64,000 bases of DNA, taken from assembly GCF_963921235.1 (NCBI RefSeq), contig NC_086108.1, positions 53,508,001 through 53,572,000 on the forward strand, given 5' to 3'. The DNA is from Mobula hypostoma (lineage: Eukaryota). The notes beneath the pieces were generated by a model. It had not been told where the DNA came from. It saw only the letters and a list, made by a program, of their open reading frames with translations, and ran no database searches. Shown one piece after another: positions 11,609-23,796 of the stretch; within the stretch, counting starts at the first letter, position 1, and every line of letters starts with the position of its first letter. The position numbers were made by a program, and so were the translations under genes.

Positions 11609-14600
11609 TCTTTCTTTCTTTCTTTTCTTTCTTTTTTAATTAATCATAGAGATAAAAGAAATAAAAAGAAAAAAATACAAAGAAAACCCCCCTAAAAGAA
11701 ACAAAAAGAGAACTAAATACTAAACCCAAAAAAGCAAACGGAACAAAACAAGGTGAGACCATTATCTTAAATCGAACACGTTCAATAATGTCGTCAACTC
11801 TGCTCCTCTATTCATATATTTTAAGTTAGTAAGAAGGATTCAGAAAGGTCAAATTACATCATATGAAAATGTTGAATAAATGGTTTCCAAGTCTCTTCAA
11901 ATTTAACCGAAGGATCAAAAATATCACTTCTAATTTTTTCTAAATTTAAACATAATATAGTTTGGGAAAACCGTTGGAATGTAGTAGGAGGATTGGTCTC
12001 CTTCCAGTTCAATAAAATGGATCTTCTGGCCATTAAAGTAAAAAATACAATCATCTGACAGGCTGAAGAAGATAAAAATCTATGTTTGACCATTGGCAAT
12101 CCAAAAATTTCCATAATAGGATGGGGTTGTAAATCAAAACACAGAACTGTTAAGATAATATCAAAAATATCTTTCCAATATTTTTCCAAAAGAGGACAGG
12201 ACCAACACATATGAATTAAAGAAGCCACCTCAGAGTGACATCTGTCACAAATAGGGTGTATATGGGAATAAAAATGGGCTAATTTATCTTTAGACATATG
12301 GGCTCTATGCACTACTTTAAATTGTATTAATGTATGCTTAGCACATATAGAGGAAGTACTGACTAATTGAAAAATTTTGTCCCATTTCTCTATAGGTAGG
12401 CAAAGTTGAAGTTCCCTTTCCCATTCATTTTTAATTTTATCAGATATATCTGGCTGTAATTTCATAATTATATCATAGATAAATGCTATTAATCCCTTCT
12501 GAAGAGGATTTAAACCTCAAATTTTATTGATGATATCAGTAGGGTATGAGGTCGGAAAGGTAGGCAACATGGTATTTTAAAAATTTCTTATTTGTAAATA
12601 TCTAAAAAAATGGGATCAAGGCAAATCAAATTTCTTAGATAACTGTTCAAAAGACATGAAACAGTTATCCAGATATAAGTCACGAAAACATGTTATATCT
12701 TTTGTTTTCTATATCAAAAAACCTTGGTCCATAACCGAGGGTTGAAAAAAAAGTTAGATATAATAGGGCTTCTAATATAAATTAGTTCAAACCAAAAAAT
12801 TTACGAAATTGAAACCATATTCGTAATGTATGTTTAACTATTGGATTAACCGTTTGTTTATTCAATTTAGATAGTACAAAAGGAAGTGAAGTTCCGAAAA
12901 TGGAAGCCAAAGAGAACCTTTGCACAGAGTGACCTTCAAGGTTTACCCAATGTGGATTTGGAATTATATTCCAATCTTGTGTCCAAAATATTAAATATCG
13001 AATATTAATTGCCCAATAATAGAATCTTAGATTAGGCAGTGCTAAACCACCATCTTTCTTGGACTTTTGTAAATTTTTTTTACTTAATCTGGGATTTTTG
13101 TTCTGCCATATATAACAGGAAATTTTAGAATCAATATTATCAAAAAAGGATTTAGGAATAAAAATTGGTATCGTTTCAAATAAATACAAGAATTTAGATA
13201 AAATAATCATTTTAATAGCATTAATTCAGCCAATCAGTGATAGAGACAATGGGGACCACTTAGTAATCAGTTGTTTAACCTGACTAATTAACGGTAAAAG
13301 GTTGAACTTGAATAAATCCTTATGTCTCTTAGTAATTGTAACTCCCAAATAAGTAAAATAGTCAGTAATCACTCTGAATGGAGAACATCTATAAATGGGA
13401 ACCTGCATATTTAATGGAAATAGTTCGCTCTTACCCAGATTCAATTTATAACCAGAAAAACTACTACGCTGAGTAAGCAGAGTTAATACTGCTGGAATAG
13501 ATTTCCCCAGCTTAGAAATATATAATAGTAAATCATCTGCATATAGTGATAGTTTATATGTCTCATTTCCACGGGTAATGCCAAATATATTAGGGGAGTC
13601 ACGAATAGCAATAGCTAACGGTTCCAAGACAATATCGAATAGTAGTGGACTAAGAGGACAGCCCTGCCTTGTATCACGGAATAGATGAAAAAGGGGAGAT
13701 CTTTGATTATTAGTAAATACCGAAGCCAAAGGAGTAAGATACATCAATTTAATCCAAGATATAAATATCGGTTTTAAATTAAATTTCTCAAGGGTATTAA
13801 ATAAGTATGTCCATTCAACTCTGTCAAAGGCTTTCTCAGCGTCCAATGAAATGACACATTCTGGAATTCTGGGTGAAGGAGTATAAACAATATTCATTAA
13901 TCTCCTAATATTAAAAAAAGAGTAACGATTTTAAATCAATCCAGTCTGATCAGCAGAAATAATTTGAGGTAATACATTCTCCAATCTCATTGCCAATATT
14001 TTAGAAAAAATCTTAGAATCCACATTCAACAAAGATATAGGCCTATAAGATGCACATTCAGTAGGATCCTTATCTTTTTTAAGAATTAGGGAAATAGAAG
14101 CTCGATAAAAAGATTGTGGTAATTTACCTGTAGATACTGCATCCCTAAAAATTCTACATAGCCAAGGAGTCAGTGCAGTAGAGAAAAATTTTTTAAAATT
14201 CTACTGTATATCCGTCTGGGCCAGGTGCTTTACCTGAGTTCATTGAAAGAATAGCATTTTTTATTTCCTCTACCGTAATAGGTATGTCTAGTTTTAAACA
14301 TTCATTAGATGATAATTTTGGAATATTCAATTTCTTTAAAAATTCATGCATTATAGTGGAGTCATCAGGAAATTCTGGCTGATATAAGGAGGTATAAAAT
14401 TCTTGAAAGGATTTATTTATCTCGTCATGGTCAACCATCAAAGTGCCATCTTGTTTACGAATCTTAACAATCTGTCGCTTAACTGAGGCCGATTTCAATT
14501 GATTAGCCAATAGTTTCCCAGTTTTATCACCATGTATACAGAATTGTCTCTTAGTTTTGGTTAATTGACTTTCAATTGAAGATGATAGTAATAGAGTATG

Positions 14601-15345
14601 TTCCATTTGAAGTTCAACTCTCTGTTTGTAAAGCTGATTAGGGGCTATAGAATATTTCTTGACAATTTCTTTAATCTTGTCAACCAGTTTAAGTATTTCA
14701 TTATTAGCTCACTTTTTTAATCCAGCAGTATTTGAAATAATTTGTCCACGAATATATGCTTTAAAAGTATCCCATAGTGTCTCACTTGTAGAATTCGTTG
14801 TCAAGAAAAAATTAATCTGTTCCTAAATAAACTTGACAAAATCTGAATCTTGAAGCAAAGTGGTATTAAATCGCCATTGTCTAGAATGAGAAGATGTATC
14901 CTTTGACTTATTAGATAGTTTCAACAGCGCATGATCAGAAACAGCAATGGAATCATATTTGCAACCAGTAAGAAGTGGAACTAATCGAGAATCGATAAGA
15001 AAATAATCAATTCTTGAATAGTGATGATATACATGTGAAAAAAATGAGAACTCTTTCTCATTTTGATGCAAGAATCTCCAAATTTCTGAGATTCCAGAGT
15101 CAGTCATAAAAGAGTTAATAAGAGTAACTGATTTATTGGGAAGTACTTGATTGGACATTGATCTATCCATCAAAGGATTTAAACAACAGTTGAAATCTCC
15201 ACCCATAATCAACATATAATCATTTAAATTAGGAAGAGATGTAAAGAGATTCTATAAAAAATCGGGACACTCGACGTTTGGGGCATAAACATTAAGCATA
15301 ACAACTTTTTTGCTAAATAACAAATCAGTAATTTTAAAAAATCTT
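11609..15345 (-). mobile_element. L1 LINE, 5'-truncated within the endonuclease, AT-rich, frameshifted
   Basis: APE GGDFN, YSRIDYF, SDH (14823-15215); KAPGPDG; RT LDAEKAFD, RQGCPLSP, YADD (13226-13897); C-terminal CDRC..HMCWSC; A-rich (aaag)n tail; 11-bp TSD caatttctttt at 11598-11608 and 15346-15356. Confidence 0.95.
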
Positions 15346-18300
15346 CAATTTCTTTTCTTCAGTATTCACGAAGGAGAAAGATATTGAATTGTGTAAGATA
15401 AGGGAAACAGGTAGGGAAGTTATGGAAACTATGATGATTAAAGAAGATGAAGTACTGGCGCTTTTAAGGAATATAAAAGTGGATAAGTCTCTGGGTCCTG
15501 ACAGAATATTCCCTATGACCTTGAGGGAAGTTAGTGTGGAAATAGCAGGGGCTCTGACAGAAATATTTCAAATGTCATTAGAAACAGGGATGGTGCCAGA
15601 GGATTTGCGTATTGCTCATGTTGTTCCATTGTTTAAAAAGGGTTCCAAGATTAAACCTAGCAATTATCGGCCTGTGAGTTTGACGTCAGTGGTGGGTAAA
15701 TTGATGGAAAGTACTCTTAGAGATGGTATATATAATTATCTGGATAGACAGGGTCTGATTAGGAACAGTCAACATGGTTTGTGTGTGGAAGGTCATGTTT
15801 GACAAATCTTATTCAATTTTTTGAAGAGGTTACTAGGAAAGTTGACGAGGGTAAAGCAGTGGATGTTGTCTGTATGGACTTCAGTAAGGACTTTGACAAG
15901 GTTCCACACGGAAGGTTAGTTAGGAAGGTTCAATCATTAGGTATTAATATTGAAGTAGTAAAATGGATTCAGCAGTGGCTGGATAGGAGGCACCAGAGAG
16001 TAGTGGTGGTTATCTGTTTGTCAGATTGGAGGCCGGTGACTAGTGGTGTGCCTCAGGGGTCTGTACTGGGTCCAGTGTTGTTTGTCATATACATTAATGA
16101 TCTGGATGATGGGGTGGTAAATTGGATGAGTAAGTATGCAGATGATACTAGATAGGTGGAGTTGTGGATAATGAGGTAGGTTTTCAAAGCTTGCAGAGAG
16201 ATTTAGGCCAGTTAGAAGAGTGGGCTGAAAGATGACAGATGGAGTTTAATGCTGAAAAATGTGAGGTGCTACATTTTGGGAGGACTAATCAAAATAGGAC
16301 ATACATGGAAAATGGTAGGACATTGAAGAATGCAGTAGAACAGAGGGATCTAGGAATAATGGGGCATAATTTCCTGAAGGTGGAATCTCATGTGGATAGG
16401 GTGGTGAAGAAAGCTTTTGGTATGCTGGCCTTTATAAATCAGAGCATTGAGTACAGGAGTTGGGATGTAATGTTGAAATTGTACAAGGCACTGGTGAGGC
16501 CAAATTTGGAGTATTGTGTACAGTTTTGGTCACTGAATTATAGGAAAGATGTCAACAAAACAGAGAGAGTACAGAGAAGATTTACTAGAATGTTACCTGG
16601 GTTTCATCACCTAAGTTACAGAGAAAGGTTGAACAAGTTGGGTCTTTATTCTTTGGAGCGTAGAAGGTTGAGGGGGGACTTGATAGAAGTATTTAAAATT
16701 ATGAGGGAGATAGATACAGTTGATGTGGATAGGCTTTTTCCATTGAAAGTGGGGGAGATCCAAACAAGAGGACATGAGTGGAGACTTAAAGGGCAAAAGT
16801 TTAGAGGTAACATGAGGGGGAACTTCTTTACTCAGAGAGTGGTAGCTGTGTGGAACGAGATTCCAGCAGAAGTGGTTGAGTCAGGTTCGATGTTGTCATT
16901 TAAAGTTAAATTGGACAGCTATATGGACAGGAAAGGAATGGAGGGTTATGGGCTGAGTGCAGGTCAGTGGGACTAGGTGAGAGTAAGAGTTCGATACAGA
17001 CTAGAAGGGCCAAGATGGCCTGTTTCCGTGCTGTAATTGTTATATGGTTATATGGTACAAAAATAGGTGAGGGGGTAGGTAGTGCTGAGGAAACAATGTG
17101 ATTGTAGCAGAACTTGGACAAATTGGAAGAATAGGCAAAAAAGTGGCAGATGGAATACAGTGCTGGGAAATACATGATGCATTTTGGTAAAAAGAACAAT
17201 AGTGCAGACTATTATCTAAATGGGGAGAAAATTCAAACATCAGAGGTGCGGGACTTAGGAGTCCTCATGCAGGACTCCCAGAAGGTTATTTCACAGGTTG
17301 AGTCTGTGGTAAGGAAGACAATACATCCTCTGAGATATGGGCCTCAAAACTGTTGACAATACTCTAAGTGCGGCCTGACTGGTGTCCTATAAAGGCTAAG
17401 AATTATCTCCTTGCTTTTATATTCTATTCCCCTTGAAATAAATGCCAACCTTACCACTTGACACCAAGTATGGAGTTAAATACTATCACGATTAAATAAT
17501 TAGCGGACACGTGCATTTTCACAAGCGTAATTGCCGTATCTAATGCACTGCCGAATCTGAGATTGTGACAGGGCTCCCCTCTCTAGGCTCAGCCCGAGGT
17601 GCCACAGACCTGTGTCCGCTGGAAGTCCCAGATCAGTAACTTGTCCAAGATATCCTTCGCCGGGATCCAAGTACGTTCTTCTGGGCCAAACCCTTCCCAG
17701 ACCACAAGGTACTGAACCTTACCACGTACCCGGCGAGATGCCTGGAGGCGCTGCACAGTGTAGACAAGGGAACCATCTACCAGGCGGGGAGAGGGGGAGG
17801 TGGGGTGACTGGGGCTAGGGGAGAGGTAGTAACCGGCTTGAGCTGGGAAACATGGAATACTGGGTGGATCTTCAGTGATGCTGGCAGACGCAATCGATAG
17901 GACACCTTGTTGACAGCCTTTTCCACTAAAAACGGTCCCACGTAGCACGGTGCCATTTTCCGGTTCTTGACTTTCAGGGGAACATCCCTTGATGCCAACC
18001 AGTTCTCCACTCCTGGCTTGAATGGCCTTACCTGTCGACGGAGCTAATCAACCTGCCAGGAATGTTGTTTCTGGGCACGCAGCAGAGAAGCCCTGGCTTG
18101 TCTCCAGGTTCGCTTGAGGTGCTGGATCAGTTGCTCAGCAGCAGAAACTCCTACGTCGACCTCCTGATCAGGGAAGAGTGGGGGCTGGACTCCCTTCTGA
18201 CGTTCAAAGGAGACATACCGGTGGAGGACGACTGGAGGTTATTGTGGGCGATCTCTGCCCAAACCAATTGGGAGCTCCAGGACCTGGGATTGGAAGAGGC

Positions 18301-19475
18301 AGGGTTGTCTCCAACTCCTGGTTCACTCTGTCTGGCCTGTATGCTGGGGTGGAAGCCAGAAGAGAGGCTGGCCGGGGGTCCTACAAGAGAGCAGAAAGCC
18401 TTCCGAAAGCGAGAAGTGAACTATGGTCCATGACCAAACACTGTCTTGAGGAAAGCCATGGAACCTGAATACCTGTTGAACCATGACTGTGGCAGTCTTA
18501 CGAGCTGATGGGAGCTTGGGGAGGGCAATGAAGTGGGCTGGGTGCTGAGGGAGGGGGACGAGGGCGAGGAAAGACGGTGATCAGTCGGTGTAGGAAGTTT
18601 GAAACACTCAGTTACCCGGTCGTCAACTCGAATAGCCAGATTAATCAGGTCATCCAGACTATCCTGCTCGTCCCGGACACGATCTCATGCCGGACCCCTG
18701 CGTTCGGTCCACGCTGGAAGGAGGTGATGAGAGATCTCTCATTCCATCCCGTCTCTACTGCAAGTGAGTGGAATTTCACTGCATAGGCTCCCACCGTTCC
18801 TCTGCCTTGGCGCAGGTCCAAGAGTCGGTGGGCAGCCTCCTGACCCTGTACTGGAAGATCAAAAACCCTCCTTAACTCCTCCAGGAAATGTCAGAACATC
18901 TGGGCTGCGGGGTATCTTTGCTCGCGTGAAGCATTGAACAGGCTGAGTGGAGGTCCGTCAAGAAGATTGACCAGATACCCCCATCGGGATCACCAGAATA
19001 TCTGCCTAGTGGTGGAATATTCGGTTCCTGTACGGTCGTGGGAGTCGGCTCTGGTCCGGGAGCGGGAGCAGGAGCATTAGTAGCAGAGATTGTTGGGGCA
19101 GCAGAAGGGGAGGGCCTGCGAGATGCTGTGAGTGGGACTGAGGCGGCCTGAAGCTACTGAATTGAGCTGGCTAGAACGTTAATGTCTGCCTACTGATGCT
19201 GGCTGTTCACAGCAAGTTCGTGGACGGCGGCCGTAAGTGCGGAAATCGCAGACTCCCGAGTCTGGTTGTCTGTGGTGAGCTGTTGAACAGCAGCGGCGAG
19301 GGACGATACCTGTTCCTCCATGTGAGACTGGGTTTGTCGGCATGAGGTTATCTGCCTCATTGCCTCCGCTACTTCACTGAGAACAGATTCCATTGCCTGT
19401 AGCTTGTCTCCTACCTGACCAATGACTCTCATGGCCAAGGTCAGCTGCTCTCTCTCTGCTGTCCATCTTTGTGTG

Positions 19476-19486
19476 GTCGAGACTTG
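19476..19486 (-). promoter_or_regulatory. Self-priming primer-binding site of the chromovirus
   Basis: caagtctcgac (minus strand) lies 1 nt past the LTR end and is the exact complement of LTR positions 21548-21538. Confidence 0.8.
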
Positions 19487-19693
19487 CTGTTACCAGGCTC
19501 GGATATGGCTCAACTGCGGAGTGAGAGACACCGAAGAAGGTCGATAGTTCACAAACTTTATTGCGAATAGTGTTAAAGGGAAAATAAAACTAGGCCAAAT
19601 AGGGCCGTAAACTAAAACTCTCAAATGAGAAATGAAAGCTACACTGCAGCTGAAAAAGAAAATCTAAATATTAAACGAATACCGCTAGTCTTC

Positions 19694-21449
19694 CCCATCA
19701 GGAAGGTCTCAAAGCTCTACGCTTCTTTTTGGATTCCAGACCTAATCAGTTCCCCTCTACCACCACTCTGCTCCGTCTAGCGGAATTAGTCCTTACTCTT
19801 AATAATTTCTCCTTTTGCTCCTCCCATTTCCTCCAAACTAAAGGTGTAGCTATGGGCACCCGTATGGGTCCTAGCTATGCCTGCCTTTTTGTTGGGTTTG
19901 TGGAACAATCTATGTTCCGTGCCTATTCTGGTATCTGTCCCCCACTTTTCCTTCACTACATCGACGACTGCATTGGCGCTGCTTCCTGCACGCATGCAGA
20001 GCTCGTTGACTTTATTAACTTTGCCTCCAACTTTCACCCTGCCCTCAAGTTTACCTGGTCCATTTCCGACACCTCCCTCCCCTTTCTAGATCTTTCTGTC
20101 TCTGTCTCTGGAGACAGCTTATCCACTGATGTCTACTATAAGCCTACTGACTCTCACAGCTATCTGGACTATTCCTCTTCTCACCCTGTCTCTTGCAAAA
20201 ACGCCATCCCCTTCTTGCAATTCCTCCGTCTCCGCCGCATCTGCTCTCAGGATGAGGCTTTTCATTCTAGGACGAGGGAGATGTCTTCATTTTTTAAAGA
20301 AAGGGGCTTCCCTTCCTCCACTACCAACTCTGCTCTTAAACGCATCTCCTCCATTTCACGTACATCTGCTCTCACTCCATCCTCGCACCACCCCAATAGG
20401 AATAGGGTTCCCCTGGTCCTCACCTACCACCCCACCAGCCTCCGGGTCCAACATATTATTCTCCGTAACTTCCGCCACCTCCAACGGGATCCCACCACTA
20501 AGCACATCTTTCCCTCCCCCCTCTCTCTGCATTCCGCAGGGATCGCTCCCTACACAACTCCCTTGTCCATTCGTCCCCCCCATCCCTTCCCACTGATCTC
20601 CCTCCTGGCACTTATCCGTGTAAGCGGAACAAGTGCTACACATGCCCTTACACTTCCTCCCTTACCACCATTCAGGGCCCCAAACAGTCCTTCCAGGTGA
20701 GGCATCACTTCACCTGTGAGTCGACTGGGGTGATATACTGCGTCCGGTGCTCCCGATGTGGCCTTTTATATATTGGTGAGACCCGACGCAGACTGGGAGA
20801 CCGCTTTGCTGAACATCTACGCTCTGTCCGCCAGAGAAAGCAGGATCTCCCAGTGGCCACACATTTTAATTCCACATCCCATTCCCATTCTGATATGTCT
20901 ATCCACGGCCTCCTCTACTGTAAAGATGAAGCCACACTCAGGTTGGAGGAACAACACCTTATATTCCGTCTGGGTAGCCTCCAACCTGATGGCATGAACA
21001 TTGACTTCTCTAACTTCCGCTAGGCCCCACCTCCCCCTCGTACCCCAGCTGTTACTCCTTTTTATGCACACATTCTTTCTCTCACTCTCCTTTTTCTCCC
21101 TCTGTCCCTCTGAATATACCTCTTGCCCATCCTCTGGGTCACCCCCCCCCCGTCTTTCTCCCTAGGCCTCCTGTCCCATGATCCTCTCGTATCCCCTTTT
21201 GCCTATCACCTGTCCAGCTCTCGGCTCTATCCCTCCCCCTCCTGTCTTCTCCTATCATTTTGCATCTCCCCCTCCCCCTCCAGCTTTCAAATCCCTTACT
21301 CACTCTTCCTTCAGTTAGTCCTGACGAAGGGTCTTGGCCTGAAACGTCGACTGTGCCTCTTCCTATAGATGCTGCTTGGCCTGCTGCGTTCACCAGCAAC
21401 TTTGATGTATGTTGCTTGAATTTCCAGCATCTGCAGAATTCCTGTTGTT
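19694..21449 (+). mobile_element. Penelope-like element (Neptune type), 5'-truncated, inserted in chromovirus 5' LTR
   Basis: RT GVAMGT..YIDD (19729-20700); CKRNKCYTC linker; GIY-YIG GVIYCVRCSRCGLLYIGET (20697-21023); TSD tagtcttc at 19686-19693 and 21450-21457. Confidence 0.95.
21312..21353 (+). ncRNA. Minimal type I hammerhead ribozyme motif (PLE)
   Basis: agtc-CTGACGA-agg...cct-GAAA-c-GTC-gact: core boxes, stem I agtc/gact, stem II agg/cct. Confidence 0.8.
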
Positions 21450-21573
21450 TAGTCTTCAAAGTCAGTTGATTCAAAAGTCCAATTTCTCAGGAAAGACCTA
21501 AAGCAAACAGGCAGTAAAGCGTTGCTATGATCTGTCCCAAGTCTCGACAAGCTCTATGATGACAAGTATGGAG

Positions 21574-21580
21574 TTAAATA
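21574..21580 (-). promoter_or_regulatory. TATA-like box (TATTTAA) in chromovirus LTR U3
   Basis: Present in both LTRs; 25 nt upstream of the 11-nt self-primer sequence. Confidence 0.65.
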
Positions 21581-21671
21581 CTATCACAATTAAATAATAA
21601 TTAGCTGACACGTGCAAATTCACATGAGCAATTGCCGTATCTACTGCACTGCCAAATCCGTGGTTGTGAGA

Positions 21672-23795
21672 ACTAGAGGTCACCCGGTTTCATTCCACCT
21701 TTTGTCGCACACCCATGTTGGTGAGGCCTGATACCAGCTTTGAGGCTTAGGGTACAATTCCCTGGACACCACCATGTTATTTTGTGGGCTCCGTACTTCC
21801 GGCCCCTCCGAGGGCAAACCACATTGGTTTACTCTTTCTCGTTTCAGGTTTGGGCATTCTCTCTTAATGTGTCCCTCCTGACTACAGTTATAGTATTTAA
21901 TTACTCCACCTTTAGTTCTCCCTGTTCCTGGCCCTGATCCATTTCCTCTGCCCTTCCTTGCCCCTTGATGGTAGGCCACGGAGGCTCTCAGAGTCGGTCC
22001 CCAACCCTCATTTCTCTAGGCAGGTGCCTGACTTTTAATGGGCATCGCTTTCCCATTAGAGAGTATCTCTTTGTACCTCTTTTCCCCATGCTCTACTCAT
22101 TTTCATCAGTACTCATGCCTTAGTTTGTGTGGGCTCAGAAGGATCAAATATTTCCAATGCTTTTTTTAAGATTCATCGGTACAGAGAGACACCAGTGTCC
22201 TCAACCATCTATTTGAGGCTTCGGGTCCTTAATGGTCCCGCTCTAATGCTGTTTCATAAACCCCTAGGAACACAGTCCATAAACGGGATGCAAATGCAGT
22301 GGGATGTTCACCTCTCCTCTGGGAACATTTCGCTAGCGCGTCTTCCAGGTCCCCTCTGTTCTGCGTTTTTCAGTTCCCCACTTGTTCGCCCACCATGTCA
22401 TTGTATATCTGGCAAAGCTGAGTGTATATTTGGGTGTAAACACATGACAATCAGTGTCCTTTCCTCAGAGTCGTCTAGGCCCTTTATTATTCTCTGATGG
22501 CTGGTTGTTTGGAAAAGCTCTGGAGGATCGTCTCCGAGCAGTCATGTCCCAATATCCTTAGCGATATCCCTAAGCAGCTGCACCCCGAACGGTGTGGTTT
22601 AACCAATTTCCCCCGGGATTAATAAAGTATGACTACTACTATTCTGATGTTGATCTGCTCCCCCTGCTCCCCCTCTCTGATGGTAACAGGGGCGCCCATC
22701 ATGCAGACTGTAGCACCGGCTCCCGTTGGTAGGCTGTCGGTGGGAGTTCCTCGGGAAATGGTGCTTTGTAATTATCGTAACTCTATCTAGTTGCTTCGTC
22801 TGCTAAGTCATGCCAAGCAATGTCTCCATATTCACCTTCCTCCCCTCTCTCAGACCGAAAAGCACACCTCGCTGTTCAGCAAGTTGGCCTTGCAGCTTTT
22901 GAATCTGCTTTAAACACTGCATGATCCCCTTGTTACTATTCCTTTCCTGTGCTGATTTCTGAATCACATTCATAGCCGTCTTTAAATCACTGCACTGTTT
23001 CCTCAATCCTTCCACTTCATTCTTCACTAGTTTGGCTGCTTCCTCTGGTTTACTTTTTACTTTAAGTAATTTCTCACACTTCAGCTGAAACTGTCTGTCT
23101 GTATTTTGTTTTACGGCGGTTGGCATCCAGCTTAATGGTGCATTACCGCCACCAGCTGAAACTGGTTCATATGCATCAAGCCCATTCCTCTCGGACCCTG
23201 TAAATAAGTAGCCCTTTCTCTAAACGATTCTCCCTCCTTTCGGAGCAGTTTGTGTTCTCCTTCTAACCTATCTCGCTCGGCTTCTGCTTTACACCGACAT
23301 TCGTTTGCCGATTCTAATCTGTGCAGCTCCGCCTTGGCGTTTTGTCGTAATTAAATCAAATCTCCAATCGACAAAAACCGAGTGCTACTGGTTTTTGTAA
23401 TTGTTTAAACTTCCTGCTCGACAGCTTCCCGTGGGCGATTTTCCACAGGGCACCAGCAGCCGTTTTCCCCTCACAGTCAGTAGCCAACTAATTCCTCATA
23501 TTGTGACCACTTCCCAGACACGTATTTCTGAAGGTATCCCCTCCAATCAAAACAATCCAAGTCTTTTAGACTTACAGAATTTCCTGAATTCTTCATCCTG
23601 GGTTAGTAACCGCTAACTACCCAGTCCCAGATCTCTCTGTACCTCACCCATGTGGTCCCGCTGAGCAAAGAGATTTGTTCAGCTCACCCAGGGACACCAA
23701 TTCTGTTACAAGAAAATGGCAAATGCATCCAAGATGACTGGAGACAGCTTTCCATTGTGTGGTTATCAACACATGTAGGCATCATTTAGCAGACA
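21672..23795 (-). mobile_element. LTR retroelement 5' portion (LTR end, PBS, degenerate gag); Gypsy vs ERV unresolved
   Basis: LTR end tgtaaca at 23710-23704; PBS tggtgtccctgggtgagc (23699-23682) resembles the complement of the tRNA-Asn 3' end; coiled-coil ORF 22803-23126; zinc knuckle YYNCSQEGHIKRECP (21680-21979). Confidence 0.75.
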
Positions 23796-23796
23796 A

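Larger units (their letters stand above)
9171..17055 (+). mobile_element. CR1 LINE C, near full length, nested in CR1 A and interrupted by L1
   Basis: 5' tandem monomers, ORF1, APE (10497-11333), RT with YADD (15781-16155), C-terminus (16239-16976), (tatatggt)n tail; host reads gcagatgg|tacaaaaatagg across it with atgg overlap (9168-9171 / 17052-17055). Confidence 0.92.
4770..17449 (+). mobile_element. CR1 LINE A (5'UTR, ORF1, APE, RT), degenerate and split by nested insertions
   Basis: ORF1 start atgtctacagatcca at about 4968 resumes as CQMW..HICAKC at 5640; APE LWVELRN..IYRPP (6840-7088); RT NYRPVSLTS (7715-8284); resumes at 9066-9170 (gtgttcctcagggg..tttgcagat) and at 17056-17320. Confidence 0.85.
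17450..21671 (-). mobile_element. Ty3/Gypsy chromovirus (Tf1/sushi group), internally deleted
   Basis: 5' LTR 21671-19488 (split by a PLE); gag about 19466-18600; integrase [12 protein letters not shown]...VFRFHG, GPF and [11 protein letters not shown]; chromodomain [18 protein letters not shown] (17589-17948); PPT agagaggggagccc next to the 3' LTR start tgtcac at 17570; 3' LTR truncated near 17450. Confidence 0.9.
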
